Shown: positions 38,098 through 50,900 of the stretch, one piece after another
How the letters are laid out: the number at the start of each line of letters is the position of its first letter
Numbering within the stretch: position 1 is the first letter of the stretch
Assembly (NCBI GenBank): GCA_043228905.1
Contig: JBHGNT010000001.1
Span: 558,001-622,000, forward strand
Direction: 5' to 3'
DNA: 64,000 nucleotides
From: Azolla caroliniana
Lineage: Eukaryota; Plantae; Polypodiophyta
The notes under the pieces: model-generated
What the model saw: only the letters and a program-made list of their open reading frames with translations
Told to the model about the DNA's origin: nothing
Database searches by the model: none
Program-made: the position numbers and the translations under genes

Positions 38098-41000
38098 ATG
38101 GCAGGTTCCATGGTAGCAGGAGTGGGAATGTCAGGAGGAGGACTTGGGAAAAGGGGAAGATCTGTGATGATGAGTAATGCTAGTGGTCTTTCTGCGCCCG
38201 CCTCCTCCTCCTCTGCTGGAGTTGCCTCCGCCTCCGCCGCCGAAGGATCCGGTCCTCTCTCCGCCCCTCAGACCTCCTCTGCCATCGCCATGATGGGCCC
38301 CACATTGCAAGTCCACAACACATTTGCAGGTATGTCTATGTCTATGTCTATGTGGCCACAACACATTTGCAGTTTTTTTCTTTAGTTATTATTTATGAGA
38401 AAAACTGTAAATCCATTTTGAAGCTCCAAAAGAATGTAGGCTACGCTGTTTTTCCAACGTTTTCGGATTTCAGGTCTAGGAACCCAAATTTTGTTTTTGC
38501 AAAAACGAAAATGAAACTCAAACATTGAAACCCGTTTTTGGCTTCACGAAACCTAATTCTATTTTCTGATGTTGTGCAAAAATGTCAAAACGTTGAGAAA
38601 TGCCTAAAGCTACCAAAACTATGTATAGTTTGGTTGTCAACACCCGTTTTCAAGTTTCAAATGAAGCTGAGCATACTTCAGATGCTGTAAACGAAATGCC
38701 CACTGCAAAAGCTATATTTGTGAAGACAATATATGGAATATTGATCATGTATAGACGAACAATTTTTTTTGAGTGTCCATACATAATTTCATACAAATGG
38801 AAGTCAAAGAAATGCCCACTGCAAAAGCTATAATTGTGAAAAAAATATATGGAATATTGATCATGTATTGACGAACAAATTTCTTTTGAGTGTCCATACA
38901 TAACTTCATAATTTCATAACTTCGTAGTTCTTGTTATTGATGAAGATGGAGGTGATGTGATTTTAGACAAGAGGAAGTATCACAGCATGGAGGGATATTT
39001 TAAATAATTTATCCTCCCTTTCTCTCTCAAGCATGGCAATCATGTATCAGCTACATACACTATACGAAAAACTGTTTTTTTCATAACATGCTGCACACAG
39101 TACATGACAATGTCTCTTTTCCTTTTATCATTCAATGCCCAGGGAATTCATTCTTTACTAATCAGACGAGTTTTCATTTTCGTTTATCAACTAAAAGGAA
39201 AATTTGAGAAAAACAATAAAAACTGATGTATTTGTGTTGGATTGTGGCCTTTACAGATGAATAAAACATTGACTGGTGCTTTAGAAAAGGAGGAAACAAT
39301 TTTCCCAAACACTGCTCTTGATCTATGATAGGCATTGTTTAATGAAAGGGCAACTCCATGATGAGTGACTCTGAAACTTCAGATCCAGCTTAATGTAGGA
39401 TTGACATCTATGACTGCAAAACCCCTGGGTATGTTTTGCTAATTAGTATGGGAGTGTGACCTAGTGACAACCCATGAACAACTTTCCTTCCTTTGCCTGT
39501 ATTAAAAAATAGCCATGTGAATAATGAAGATGGCTATATGTTTTTGGCACAAGAGTAAGTATTAATGCTAGCAAGACTTCAAATAATCTCTATTTCCCCT
39601 ATCGCACTTGAACAGTATCTAATGAAAATCACTTTTCCTCTTTCTGGGAACCGCAAACTATTCACTTGTAATGTGGGATTTTTATCTATGGCTACAGAAA
39701 CTTTTGGTATGGTCCTCTCTGTGGAGTACAAGAGTGTGATTAATGATAGTTCATGAGGTAGTCTTCTTCCTTTACCAATCTCGCTCTGAGAGCTCAGTAC
39801 AAAGGGATGTAGTATATGAAATGACTGCGTTGCTTGCATCCTAGACTTGCAACAGCACTTTGTTGAGTTACTTGACCTTTATGAACCTGGATTGAGGACC
39901 TCTATCACCTCCCTGGTCCACGTAAAGAATTCAAGACTAACACATCTTGTGATCGCTTATATAAACTATCAAAGTCTTTCAAGAAGAGGAAGAAGATTGA
40001 TACCACAGAATCAGAAGATTCCAACACCTTGACAGTATATATCATTAACGACCTTTTTCCGCAATCCTTGGTGATGAAGGTGATGAAATGACTAGAGAAT
40101 CCACTGCAAACCCTTCACTGTGACCTCTGACAGCGACCATTCTCAATGTGTAGTTACTATAAGCTCTCTTTTGTTTCTGTTTTCTCTGTCTGATTTTTAT
40201 TTTGGCTAAAATTCTTAGTTTTGTCACATTAAATGGTATTTTATGTTGTGTATCAAGTTTTTTAGCATGAAAATACTTTTTGATAGCTACATCTTGTGCA
40301 TGTTTTCAGACCAGAACAGCAAGAGGATTGTAATGGCTTTGCAAAGTGGCCTGAAAAGCGAACTTACATGGGCTTTGAACACTTTAACTTTGCTTTCTTT
40401 CAAAGAAAAAGAGGATTCAAGGAAAGATTCAATGCCTCTGGCTAAGATTCCAGGCGTTCTTGATTCCCTCTTAACTATGGTAAACTAAATGAACTTTTGT
40501 TTGTGTTCTTAAAATTGAGTCTTATTGACAGCTTAGTCTACGAATTGAAGAAACAATGTTCAATCCTAAGATATACATGAATAATGATAATGATGCAAAT
40601 ACTAGCTGTGCTGGTATCCCTTCATGGGGTGCATGTCAACTTCATTGGTCAACAACAAATTTTAATCAACAGTATGAAATATGTAGAAACAGGTGGCTCA
40701 GCAGCTACAGTAAACAAAAAGAAACTAGAGAGAAAATGAAGGAGCCATTATATAATCAGAAAACTTTCAAAAATGAAAGATTGATATATTGGAAGATTGA
40801 AATTGATTCCAATGGTAGGTATTGTACTATGTATTTAGTACTGAATATTTGTCCAGTGAAGATTGATGATTGGCGCAATATCTCAAATCCAAAGCAAGTG
40901 GCCAAGCTTTTGAAGTCTCAATTGTTTGGGACAGATTATGTCTTTTCTGGATTTGGCTCGGAGTATGAAACTACAAGTCCAAATGATGCACTTGTTCGCC

Positions 41001-43123
41001 TCAGGTATTATTATCTTTTTTCTTGTATATATGAAATGACTATATTTTCTTTCTATAGGACCTTTTATTCTCTTAAATAAAGTTGCTTTGAGAAGCCATG
41101 TGTTGAAAATGACAATCAGATAACTTTTTTTAGACACATTGATCATCACTCTCTATTGTTTCCATTTACGCCTGAAGTTATATAAAATTTTCTTTCTTGC
41201 ACTGTCTTTTGTTGGAATATTTCTAGTTTGAATGGCATGTCTGTGTATAGTGCAAAATTCTCCGTGGTCAACTATAATAAATAAACAAATATTCAATCTT
41301 CATCAGTGTATTGGGTATGTATTTCCTCATGCACACATCATTTCAGTCCTGTAGAAGACGTGGACATAATCTATAAGAAGTATATTTACAGAAGGAATAA
41401 TGGTGCAGTGCAGAAGTTTATGCCATATTTCTGTCATTATGATAGGTCATTCCATGAGGGTTTAAATAATGAAGATGCTGCAGCAGATAAAGAAGGTTCA
41501 AGGAAAGGATTTGAGTATTGGCTTGATGAAGAAGGGCTATTCAATCTTGATGAGGAGGGCAGGGCTGAAAGACAACTGTGCGCAGTGGCAGCTTCAAATA
41601 TTCTTCGAAACTTTTCATTCATGCCCGAGAATGATATCCTGATGGCTCGCAACAGTCATTGTCTGGAAACCTTGATTCAATGTATAGAGGATCATTTGAG
41701 AGGTAGAATGCATTTCCTTGAAGATATCAGAGTTTCTTATTATTGAAGCTAATCAGCTTCAGAACATTTTAACACATCTCTACCTTTAGATTGCTATCTG
41801 TGAGTGTTATGCCTTGTCTGCAAAAAATGTTGCTATGGTTAATGAGTACGGGGAGGGAGGTAAATCCATCTTGAACTGAAGATGCTGGCCATATGCCTTG
41901 GTGTATCTATAACCTAACACGTGTACTTTCATTTAGACTGCTAACCACAATAAAGTCTTAGTTTTGATGTATTTTAGGGTGCCTTAAAAGGTCAGTGTAT
42001 TGTAGTAGTGATCAAACATCATATGTAAAGCTAAAGTAAATTGCAGAAACAGTAATAAATAATTATTTATACATTGTTTGATTCAGAGGATGAAGAGTTG
42101 GTAACCAATGCAATGGAGACAATTGTTAATCTTGCACCTTATCTCAGCTTACGAGCCCCAACAGTGCCAACAGCTGAAGCTCAGAATGCTGCCACGTAAG
42201 TGTCTTTTGTGTTGAACGTAAATGGGTCTATAGAATCAAACTAGCCCAGAGTTGACCTTATTACAATTTGAATTTCTGTCCATGATTGTTTGGTTGAAAG
42301 TGTGTGGAATATCCTTAGATCACATATGAGTGGGCTATATGAGGCAATCTTTTCATATATATCACTAGAAAACTCCTTTTTTTTATGTAAACAGTAGTAA
42401 GCATAAGAGGGCTATAGAAGCAATGTTACAAATGTTGGAGTCGCCGGTGAAGGCTTGGCATTGTTCGGCTGCAGAGCTGCTAGGAAGACTTGTTGTAAAT
42501 CCGGATAATGAACAATCTCTTCTTCCATACATACATCAGGTTACTTGTGTCTTACATCATTATTTGTCCTAACATAGGTGTGGTTTGCTGAAACCATTTT
42601 GCTGGTTATAGATCTACAAACGATTGGTGGATCTATTGAGCTTGCCTGGGGCAGATACACAAGCAGCAGCTGTTGCGGCCTTATACAACTTTGCTGAAGT
42701 GAATATGGACTGCCGCCTACGATTGGCTAATGAACGATGGTGTGAAAAATACACGCGTTTGATACCATGTGCATTTCTGTTTGTTAATTCTTTGCTTGGT
42801 TTATGTTAATTTCGTTATGTTTATTTGTACGTTTTTGGTATCTTATTTTTTACAAAATGATTTGTAGGTCTATTCCAAGGCTAATCAAAGTAATTCAGGC
42901 TCCTCATCCTTTAACTGAGGTGTGCCGTAAGGCAGCTCTTACACTAGAAAGTCTTGCATCAGAGCTACAAAACAAGGCCATTCTACTCGCGTACGAACAT
43001 ACCTTTGCAGAGCTTGCCTTCTCTGACCCCAAACTGTCTGATACATTTGCTCGTATCCTTTGGGAACTTAGTTCGCGATCAAATTCGAAGGTTGCGACTG
43101 CTCGTGGTGTTTGGGGCTCATAA
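38098..43123 (+). CDS. LFR: Armadillo-repeat protein LEAF AND FLOWER RELATED (plant SWI/SNF subunit, ARID1-C-like), 479 aa, 8 exons
   Basis: Exons 38098-38329, 40310-40479, 40862-41004, 41446-41702, 42087-42195, 42395-42539, 42612-42739, 42868-43123, GT-AG, 1440 nt in frame. Motifs: KRGR, GPTLQVHNTFADQNSKRIVMALQSGLKSELTWALNTLTLLSFKEK, IDDWR, GLFNLDEEGRAERQLCAVAASNILRNFSF, WHCSAAELLGRL, ARGVWG. Confidence 0.95.
38693..38910. repeat. Two-copy tandem duplication, period ~116 bp, in LFR intron 1
   Basis: GAAATGCCCACTGCAAAAGCTATA..ATATATGGAATATTGATCATGTAT.GACGAACAA..GAGTGTCCATACATAA at 38693 and 38809. Confidence 0.9.
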
Positions 43124-44979
43124 GTACACTATTTTTCTGCCGGACCGCATCTTTTAAAATGTGAAGCTTTAGGTAGAGTGAAGGGGTAGTCGCAAACAAT
43201 TGGCAAGACAAAGAAGTTGCGTATTGTACAGAAGAGCGTACCCATTAATGAATGGGTGATATTTTACTGTGTAGTGTTTATGTGCTGGAACTTCTAGTTC
43301 ATGTGGATGGAATTAAAGCATGGTCTTATCTTAGCACACATTTATGACATGTTGATCATCATAACATCTCAAAAGAAAATACGATATTACTGAAAAAAAT
43401 CAGGTTCAGCTTGATTTATCGTGTGCATTAGTCAAAAAGTGTCTTTACATTTTGGAATTGGAGATGTAGATTCCTCTAAATTATAAGATGTTTTACATGT
43501 AATATGTGAAGGTTGGCCCATTTCGATCATGTTCTTGCCCTGCCCCATCCATGTATCAAATGACATTTGTGTGTTAGTTCACTTACTCCGAAGTTGTTGA
43601 TCTAGTCGGATATAGATGAAGCATATTATGACTTGGTCATGGATTTGATCGAGTAATGCTCATCATCTTGTGTTATGATGGGGCTAAAATAACACTGCCC
43701 ACACCAATATGACCTCTAAGGTCACTGCTTCTCCTCAGTCTGAATCTGATGAAGCATCCCTTGGTGCTCAACAGGATCTATAATGTCAATAAGTTTTGGC
43801 ATGACCTATTGGGCCCAAAATTCACATTACACCTCAACCAGTTTGCCATCCTCTATCTCACTTGCTTATCCTACAAGAAGTCAAGTTTGTTATCTTCCAC
43901 ATGTTGGGAGATAAGTATGCCATCATAATTGGTTGGGATTCGAGGACAACTTCCTTGTTGTGTTGTTCATATCCACATAGACATGTAGGCAGATCTAACA
44001 ATTTTGGATAATTGAATATAGGAGATGAAATGCTTCTTGGGTATGGCCCATGGGGATCCTCTTGATGGGTTCATGAAGGGGATCAAACTGTTTTACCACA
44101 AGGGGAAAGATGAAATCTGGTGACATGGGTCTTCCAACATAAAAAAGTTTGTGTCCCCGAGGACGTCCTCGGTGTAATTTCATGCGTTCATTACCCATGC
44201 AAGACTATCACTCACAAAATGTAGTAGAGCAGCCCATGGCATAGGAAGGTGTGAAACACAAGACAACACTAGCTAGACACACTTGATGCACATGTGATAT
44301 AAATAGTGATACATACAAAAAACGACACATTTAGAGGATGAAGTGAATGTGGCTCTTCTTACAATAGCTTCTAACTTAAAAATCACTTTATCCTTGGAAG
44401 TTGGGAGAAGTATGTTGAGTAAGTGTGAAGGCCTCATGAAACAAGGCTTAGATCACATTCTATTGCAATTGGTACATCTCACTCTCGAAGAAGTATTACA
44501 CTTGAACCTTAAATCATGGTACAACATACTCATACATTTGAACGAAAAACTTTAGGAGGAGTATAGGGAACCTTTACTACTGACAAAACTACTCGCAACT
44601 AAGAAAGATATAGTCAGACCTTGAGAGCTATAGTGACTTCATTGACTACCTTCATTCAATTGAGCATAGTACTCCCCGACGAGAACCTACTTTGAAAGAT
44701 ATCCGAGTAGTGAGCGTGTCTCGTCGGTGCAAAGACAAACGGCCTATATCTATCTGTCTCCCACTCTCAATCAAATAACAAGCCTCATATCTCAATGAAT
44801 TGGTTTGTTTTTTGAGAATGAAATAAAAAACAACAGATCGAATAAATAATTACGTTTGGGATATATTCCCAATGTTTTTAAACAGGCTATGATTGGGCTC
44901 CTTTTACACAGAGAGGGAGAGAGAGCTCCGCATCGCCATAGCTTTCGGCTTCCCTCTTCCTCCCTCTTTTTCTGTTTCA

Positions 44980-47900
44980 ATGAGAAAAGCTAAAGGAGAT
45001 TTCTTCTTCTTTGGGTGGCGTCGATTTCTTCATCTACTTCTGGCAGCAGTCTTTCTTTGTGCTATCTCCATTGCCATTGAGTTACCCAAGCTTCTTAAGT
45101 CACAGCTTGTTCCTATATCAAGCAAATCATCATCGATTTCTTCACAAATCCATCTCAATACAGACAAGGTCTCCATAGACACTTTGTTAAGGTCTCAACT
45201 AAGCTGGAAGAGATCTTCAGAGAGGAATTCCTCTTCGACTAGAGAATATGGAAGGATTCCTAAGCGTATAAATGATTCGAAGAACGAAAGTAGAGGAGTT
45301 TTGTCTGGTTTGGAGAAAATGGCTAATGAAGCTTGGCTAGATGGATTACAATTATGGCAAGAGTTATATCAGAATTCATCTGAAAAAAAGCCCAAATCTG
45401 GAAACGGGCTACTAAAAATGGGGAATGAGCTGCTGAAAGAGGAAAAGGAAGAGGAATGCTCTCACTCTATCTTCTTGTCTAAGAAAGAAATGAAGGAGAA
45501 CGAGGATAAAACACTTTTTCATTGTGGGCTTATGTTAGGTTCTTCGATAACAGTTGTAGGGACACCTTTGCCTGGTCATATTGAGAAATTGGCCAGGGTT
45601 TACTGGAAAAATGGGCGCCCATCGGTTGCTATGGTATCGCAATTCATCGTAGAATTGAAAGGATTGAAAGTTCTCGATAATGAGGACCCTCCTCGGATCC
45701 TCCATGTGAACCCCCGCTTAAAAGGCGATTGGAGTGGAAAATCTATCTTTGAAGTTAACACTTGCTATCGGGGCCAGTGGGGCATTGCCCAACGCTGCAA
45801 TGGATTGGAAACACAATTTGAAGATGAAACAGGTGATGATTCTAAAAAGAGGCCCCCAAAGGATTTTATTTATCTTGTCTTCAATTGTTTTGAAGAAAAA
45901 TGTACGATATCTTGTGAAATATTCAATTTTTCTTGCTTTCCTAATTTTATGAGATTTTAGATTTTTATCTTTTGGCTTTTCTTTTTCCGGCACTTAGAAT
46001 TAGTTTTCTTTCTCCGAAAAAGTGATAATCTCAACGAATTAGTCGTTTGATCTTGTTTTGAAAATTTTCAAACAAAAGTGTAGAATAATTTTTTGGCTGT
46101 ATTTTTCCAGTTCTTAATTGTCTTTTTAGTCTTTTCTTCAAAAATGTAGGATATCTTTCATAAAAGTAATAAAAAATTCCATAGGTACTTAATTTTTTGG
46201 TTTTTCTCAAAATAATTAGCTAAATTCTAAGACTCAATCTAAATCTGGCAAAACTTTATCTTGTGTAAATCTGGCAAAACTTTCTAGTTTCTGTTATCTT
46301 CTCTCCAAAATCTAAGATATCTTGTGAAGATATTTAATATAGCCTCCAAAATTTGACAGGATCAATAGAAGAACTCATGTAGCCATTTGAATGCTATACT
46401 GGATATGAAGTCAGTATAATGTTAAAACATTTATGGGAGGGTTTCAATATAGATGTAAAACATTAGGTGCATCATTGTCTTCCATCAATATGGCGCTATA
46501 TAATTTGTGGCCATGACAATGGGGAACTTATGGAAAACTTAACAAATGAACTTTAAAAATTGGGTTATGCTGTGGACAGTGGATGGCCTGCGGAGATGTG
46601 AGAAGTGGGTTACAAATGATGAGAAGATCTTGAAAGAGATTAAACCGGCAACTTTGTTCGATAGGTTAATGGGTTTCTCTGAAAAGTCCAGTGTGCATTG
46701 GAATTATCCTTTTGTAGAGAACCAGTCATTTGTGCTGACGATCAGGGCGGGATGGGAAGGCTATCACATGAGTGTGGATGGAAGACATATAGCCTCCTCC
46801 CCATACAGAGCAGTAAGTCACATGCAAACTTAAATAGTTTTTATGACTTTTCTTGTTTGTTTTCTCTCTAGGAAATTGGAATAATACATTAATCGAAATA
46901 TTTTATATTGGCAAACTCAAATAATTAAGTTGCATGTAAAGTTACTGATTTTACACGTAATTTTCTGTTCTGTGTGTCTCTCTATGGCATAACAGAAGTA
47001 TCTTATGTAGACTTCTTCAATCCAAATCTTAGAATCCATTTCCCAAGGCAATGCAACAAGAACTGTAACATCTCATTTTTCAGCTGTGAGTTTAGCCACC
47101 ATATTCATAAATGTTTCTCTTGTTTTTGCAAATTTTAGTGAATAATTATTCTCTTATTTTATCTAATTATCAGAGTCGGCTTACTATACATTTTAGATAT
47201 TATTTAGATGGATAACTTGTAAAACACCCATAAGCTTAGAATATATTTATCTGGTCAAAACCTTCACTTCATAAGCCTCAACAGTGATTGGTTTTTATAC
47301 TAGTGAGCTATAAGCAATGATACATTGTCAAGGATTTGATCTATATCGTTGTTAGAGATGTTATTGCAATATACACTGTTTGCCAATGCCAAACTTAAAA
47401 TAAAAAACAAGAATTGCATCTGATTGATATTATGAACAAAGACATTTCTCCTTGCTCAATGCCCCCAAAAGTGTTGAATTTACTCCATATCTCCTACAGT
47501 ATCAGTGACTAGAGAAGAACCATTAACTTTTTGAAAATTTCAATTCACTGAATAAAGTATAAATTGTGTATAGTGGGAAAGGAAATTGGATTCTAACTAT
47601 CAAATGAACTGTAATGATGCCTCACAGGTTTTTATTTTGTGTTTGATATTGGACTATTTGAAAAGAATGAAACAGTATATTACAAGGAATATTTAGGGGT
47701 AATGTTCTTTAGTGATGCTCTGATAGGATACAAATAGAAGTATTTTTCTATTGAATTTACATCTTCTCATGTAGCTACTCGTGCTTGTCTGTGTTAAGTG
47801 GTGTCCACACTTATAAACGCATAAATGTGTAAGAATTATATTCACTAGATTGTTAAGACATTGATTGCTAGGACATTTGAATAAATAAAATTTATGAAGA

Positions 47901-50900
47901 TATTTTAAGATGGGATTAGAGAATGATTAAGAGAATATTAGAAAGCAAATATGTGAGACTTTCTTTAATCACTAAGGCTTAAATGATAACTACAATCTAC
48001 ATTGTTACGCATGCCATGCATGGGGCAATTAGGTTTTGATTAGTGGATGAAATAGGGCCCTCATTGTTAATGCTCCACGTTGAAGATCAATTAATCTCTC
48101 TCTTGCCAAGGTATCATCTGTTGGCATCCACATGGATTTTGATTTTTCCCTTCACACTAAGGTTGATTACATCTCTTCATATTTTTCCATTCTCTAATGT
48201 TTAATCATATTAGAATTAATACACTTAGGTCTGGATTATTATGATCTACCAATAAAATTACTTGTATATTTTTATATAGAAAATGTAATTCTCTAAAATT
48301 TGTAGCAGATTTTTATGGCCTTCCAAACTTCTTTTGAAAGGGAAAGTAGAGGGTGCTTAAATTACATGGGTAACCTTAGCACCATCTAGCATGCATTGTT
48401 GGAAAAGTAGTCTTGTAATTATTTTTGCTCACAGATATTGTGACCTTGATTTTATATTATATGTTTCTTTTTTGTAGGGATTCTCCTTAGAAGATGCGAC
48501 TGGGCTGGCAGTGAAAGGTGACATTGAAGTGCACTATGTGCTTGCTACATCTCTTCCGACTTCACACCCAACACATGAGGAAGCCCTTGAACTGCACGAA
48601 ACATTGAAGACACCTCAACCAAGAGCAGCATTTGATTTTTTCATTGGAATTCTGTCAGCGGCAAATCATTTTGCAGAAAGAATGGCAATACGAAAGACTT
48701 GGATGCAGTCAAAGATGATTAAGACTTCCAAAGTTGTGGCACGGTTTTTCATTGCAATGGTAATTACAAAAATCACATGCTGCCTCAAATTTTGTGTGTG
48801 TGTGCGTGAGAGAGAGAGAGAGAGTGAGAGTGAGAGAGAGAGAGAGAGTGAGAGAGAGAGAGAGAGAGAGAGATTTATGCCTTTTAAGAGGCCAAAATGG
48901 GCTATAAGACCAAGCAAGAGGCTACATCTTCATTGCTTTCTTGTCTTTCAGTACAACAAATCAAAATAAATACCAATAAACATAGGGTAATAAAGAATTT
49001 ATATATTTAAGATGTTACAATTCTAAAATTAGATAGACTGAAGCTTTTGTCTTCAAAACTCTCCAACATAGGCCTCTCCATGATGGACAAATCTCTGTCC
49101 TGGGTGATAATGCCTTTATTTGTTGGTGACAAGGTGGTGGTTTGGATTCTCGTAACCTGTGTGCATGCCAGATTGCTATTGCTTGATCTATTATAACCCC
49201 TTTCGAGTATCTTGATCAAGAATCCACTTTTGTAGTCCTTTGTTGACTTGTAGCATGAGTGATGTGGCTAAAGAAAGTTTTGGTTATACTCTATTGATGA
49301 CTTTTGTGGTTGTATTGTTCTCCTTCAACAACTTCGCTCTATCTCTCTTGAGTTTAGGAAGAACAGCTCCAACTACTATTATTCTTTGTATTCTATGATC
49401 TTGTGTAGTGAGCCAAAGCATTGTGTGGAGAGGCGGTGGGAATTCCCACTTATTTCTTAAAAAACACAACAGCGGCAGACATTTGTACTTCCGATCCCTC
49501 CCCCCCCTGATGGCACAATTGGAATATCTGTGCTTCCATAGGTGTACATACACATCTGCCTATCTCAATTTCTTTCTTATGTGAAGAGGTCTTGAGTGTG
49601 AGAAATGTTGTTAATAGCAGCAGCGGAGCAAATGTTAGAACAAATTAGACACAGCAAGCTGTGAGAAGGCTGTTAGACAGCAGTAGAAAAAATGGTTGCA
49701 AAGAGTAGAGACACAGCCAAAGAATAGAGCTTGTTTTTAAGTAGCAACAGAAAATAATCTTCTTTCAAAAGAGGCTGGTGTAACCTATTTATACAAAATT
49801 GGGAATGGTTGTTTGGTAGTTAAGAGACGCTTGTACTACCAAACAGCTACAATAAACTAGGAATAAAAGGGAATATCTTGGAAAAAGTGGAAGAGCAAGA
49901 AGGCATTTAAAACGTTGTAGATTCTAGAGAGAGAAGGCGTTTAAAGTGTTGCAGATTCTAGAGAGAGAAGAATCTAGGAAGAGTAAATGTAAAAGAGAGA
50001 TAATAATGATGAAAGAGAGTACGGGTCTGGAGCTGGCACCCTCCAACATTGAGCTGCGTGCCGTATCACACTATGGAGTGCATGATAAATCCATCCAATG
50101 ACATTTTCCCACCAATAGATGTTGTGGGACTGATCTACGTCCTTCCATTTTCCAATTTAACGAGGCTTAATAATAAATCCATCCGGTGACATCTTCCTAC
50201 CAAGAGATGTTGTGGGATTGATCCATTTCCTTCTGTTTTCCAATATATTTATTCGGGTGTGGGACAATCCAAGCTATATTAGAATGAGGGTGTGTGTTTA
50301 TACCAATGCCATGTGACAGGAACCATTGTTGCATTTCAGTGTACCAACAATGAGTCTCTCCATTTTCAGTCAGCTGTTCTGGTTACTAAGTGTCAATCTT
50401 GAGTATCTTTGGATACTGGTCATTGATCGGAAATGCATCTCTGTCTGGATTATACCATGAAGCTAAAAGTTCCTCTATATCAATCCATTTATGAGCCCAA
50501 TGAAGGCTCGGTCCCCAAATTTCTACCCCATAGATTAGTGTTGGTGTTACAAGTAATGGAGCTAAGAGCATATCAGAGCACCGCTGAACCACACACTCAG
50601 AGAGACAGCAGCAGGGGTAGAGATGCACAGATACAGAGAAGCCGTTAGGCTTGATGATTTCCTAAATTATAAGTTTAAAGTAGCAAAGCATCGGTGCCTC
50701 ATGATATAATCCAGATGGAGGTGGGAGCAGTTCCAATAGTGACCTTGCAGGGGTAAAGGTAGAGATGTGCCAGATTTCTCTTTTAGGTGTCTTCTGTTTA
50801 GGTTTTTTTGCTGCCAGATTGCTTTTAGGTGGGAGGTATATATGAAGGTTAAAGTGTGGACATTTATTCCCAACAACCTCCCACCTAAAAGCAATGTGCC

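Noticed and set aside
43690-44700. Possible retrotransposon fragments between LFR and GALT
   Set aside because: No clear RT, RNase H or gag motif and no LTR boundaries were found.
44893-44979. N-terminal extension of GALT in the ORF track
   Set aside because: It starts at TTG. The ATG at 44980 gives a normal type II membrane N-terminus.
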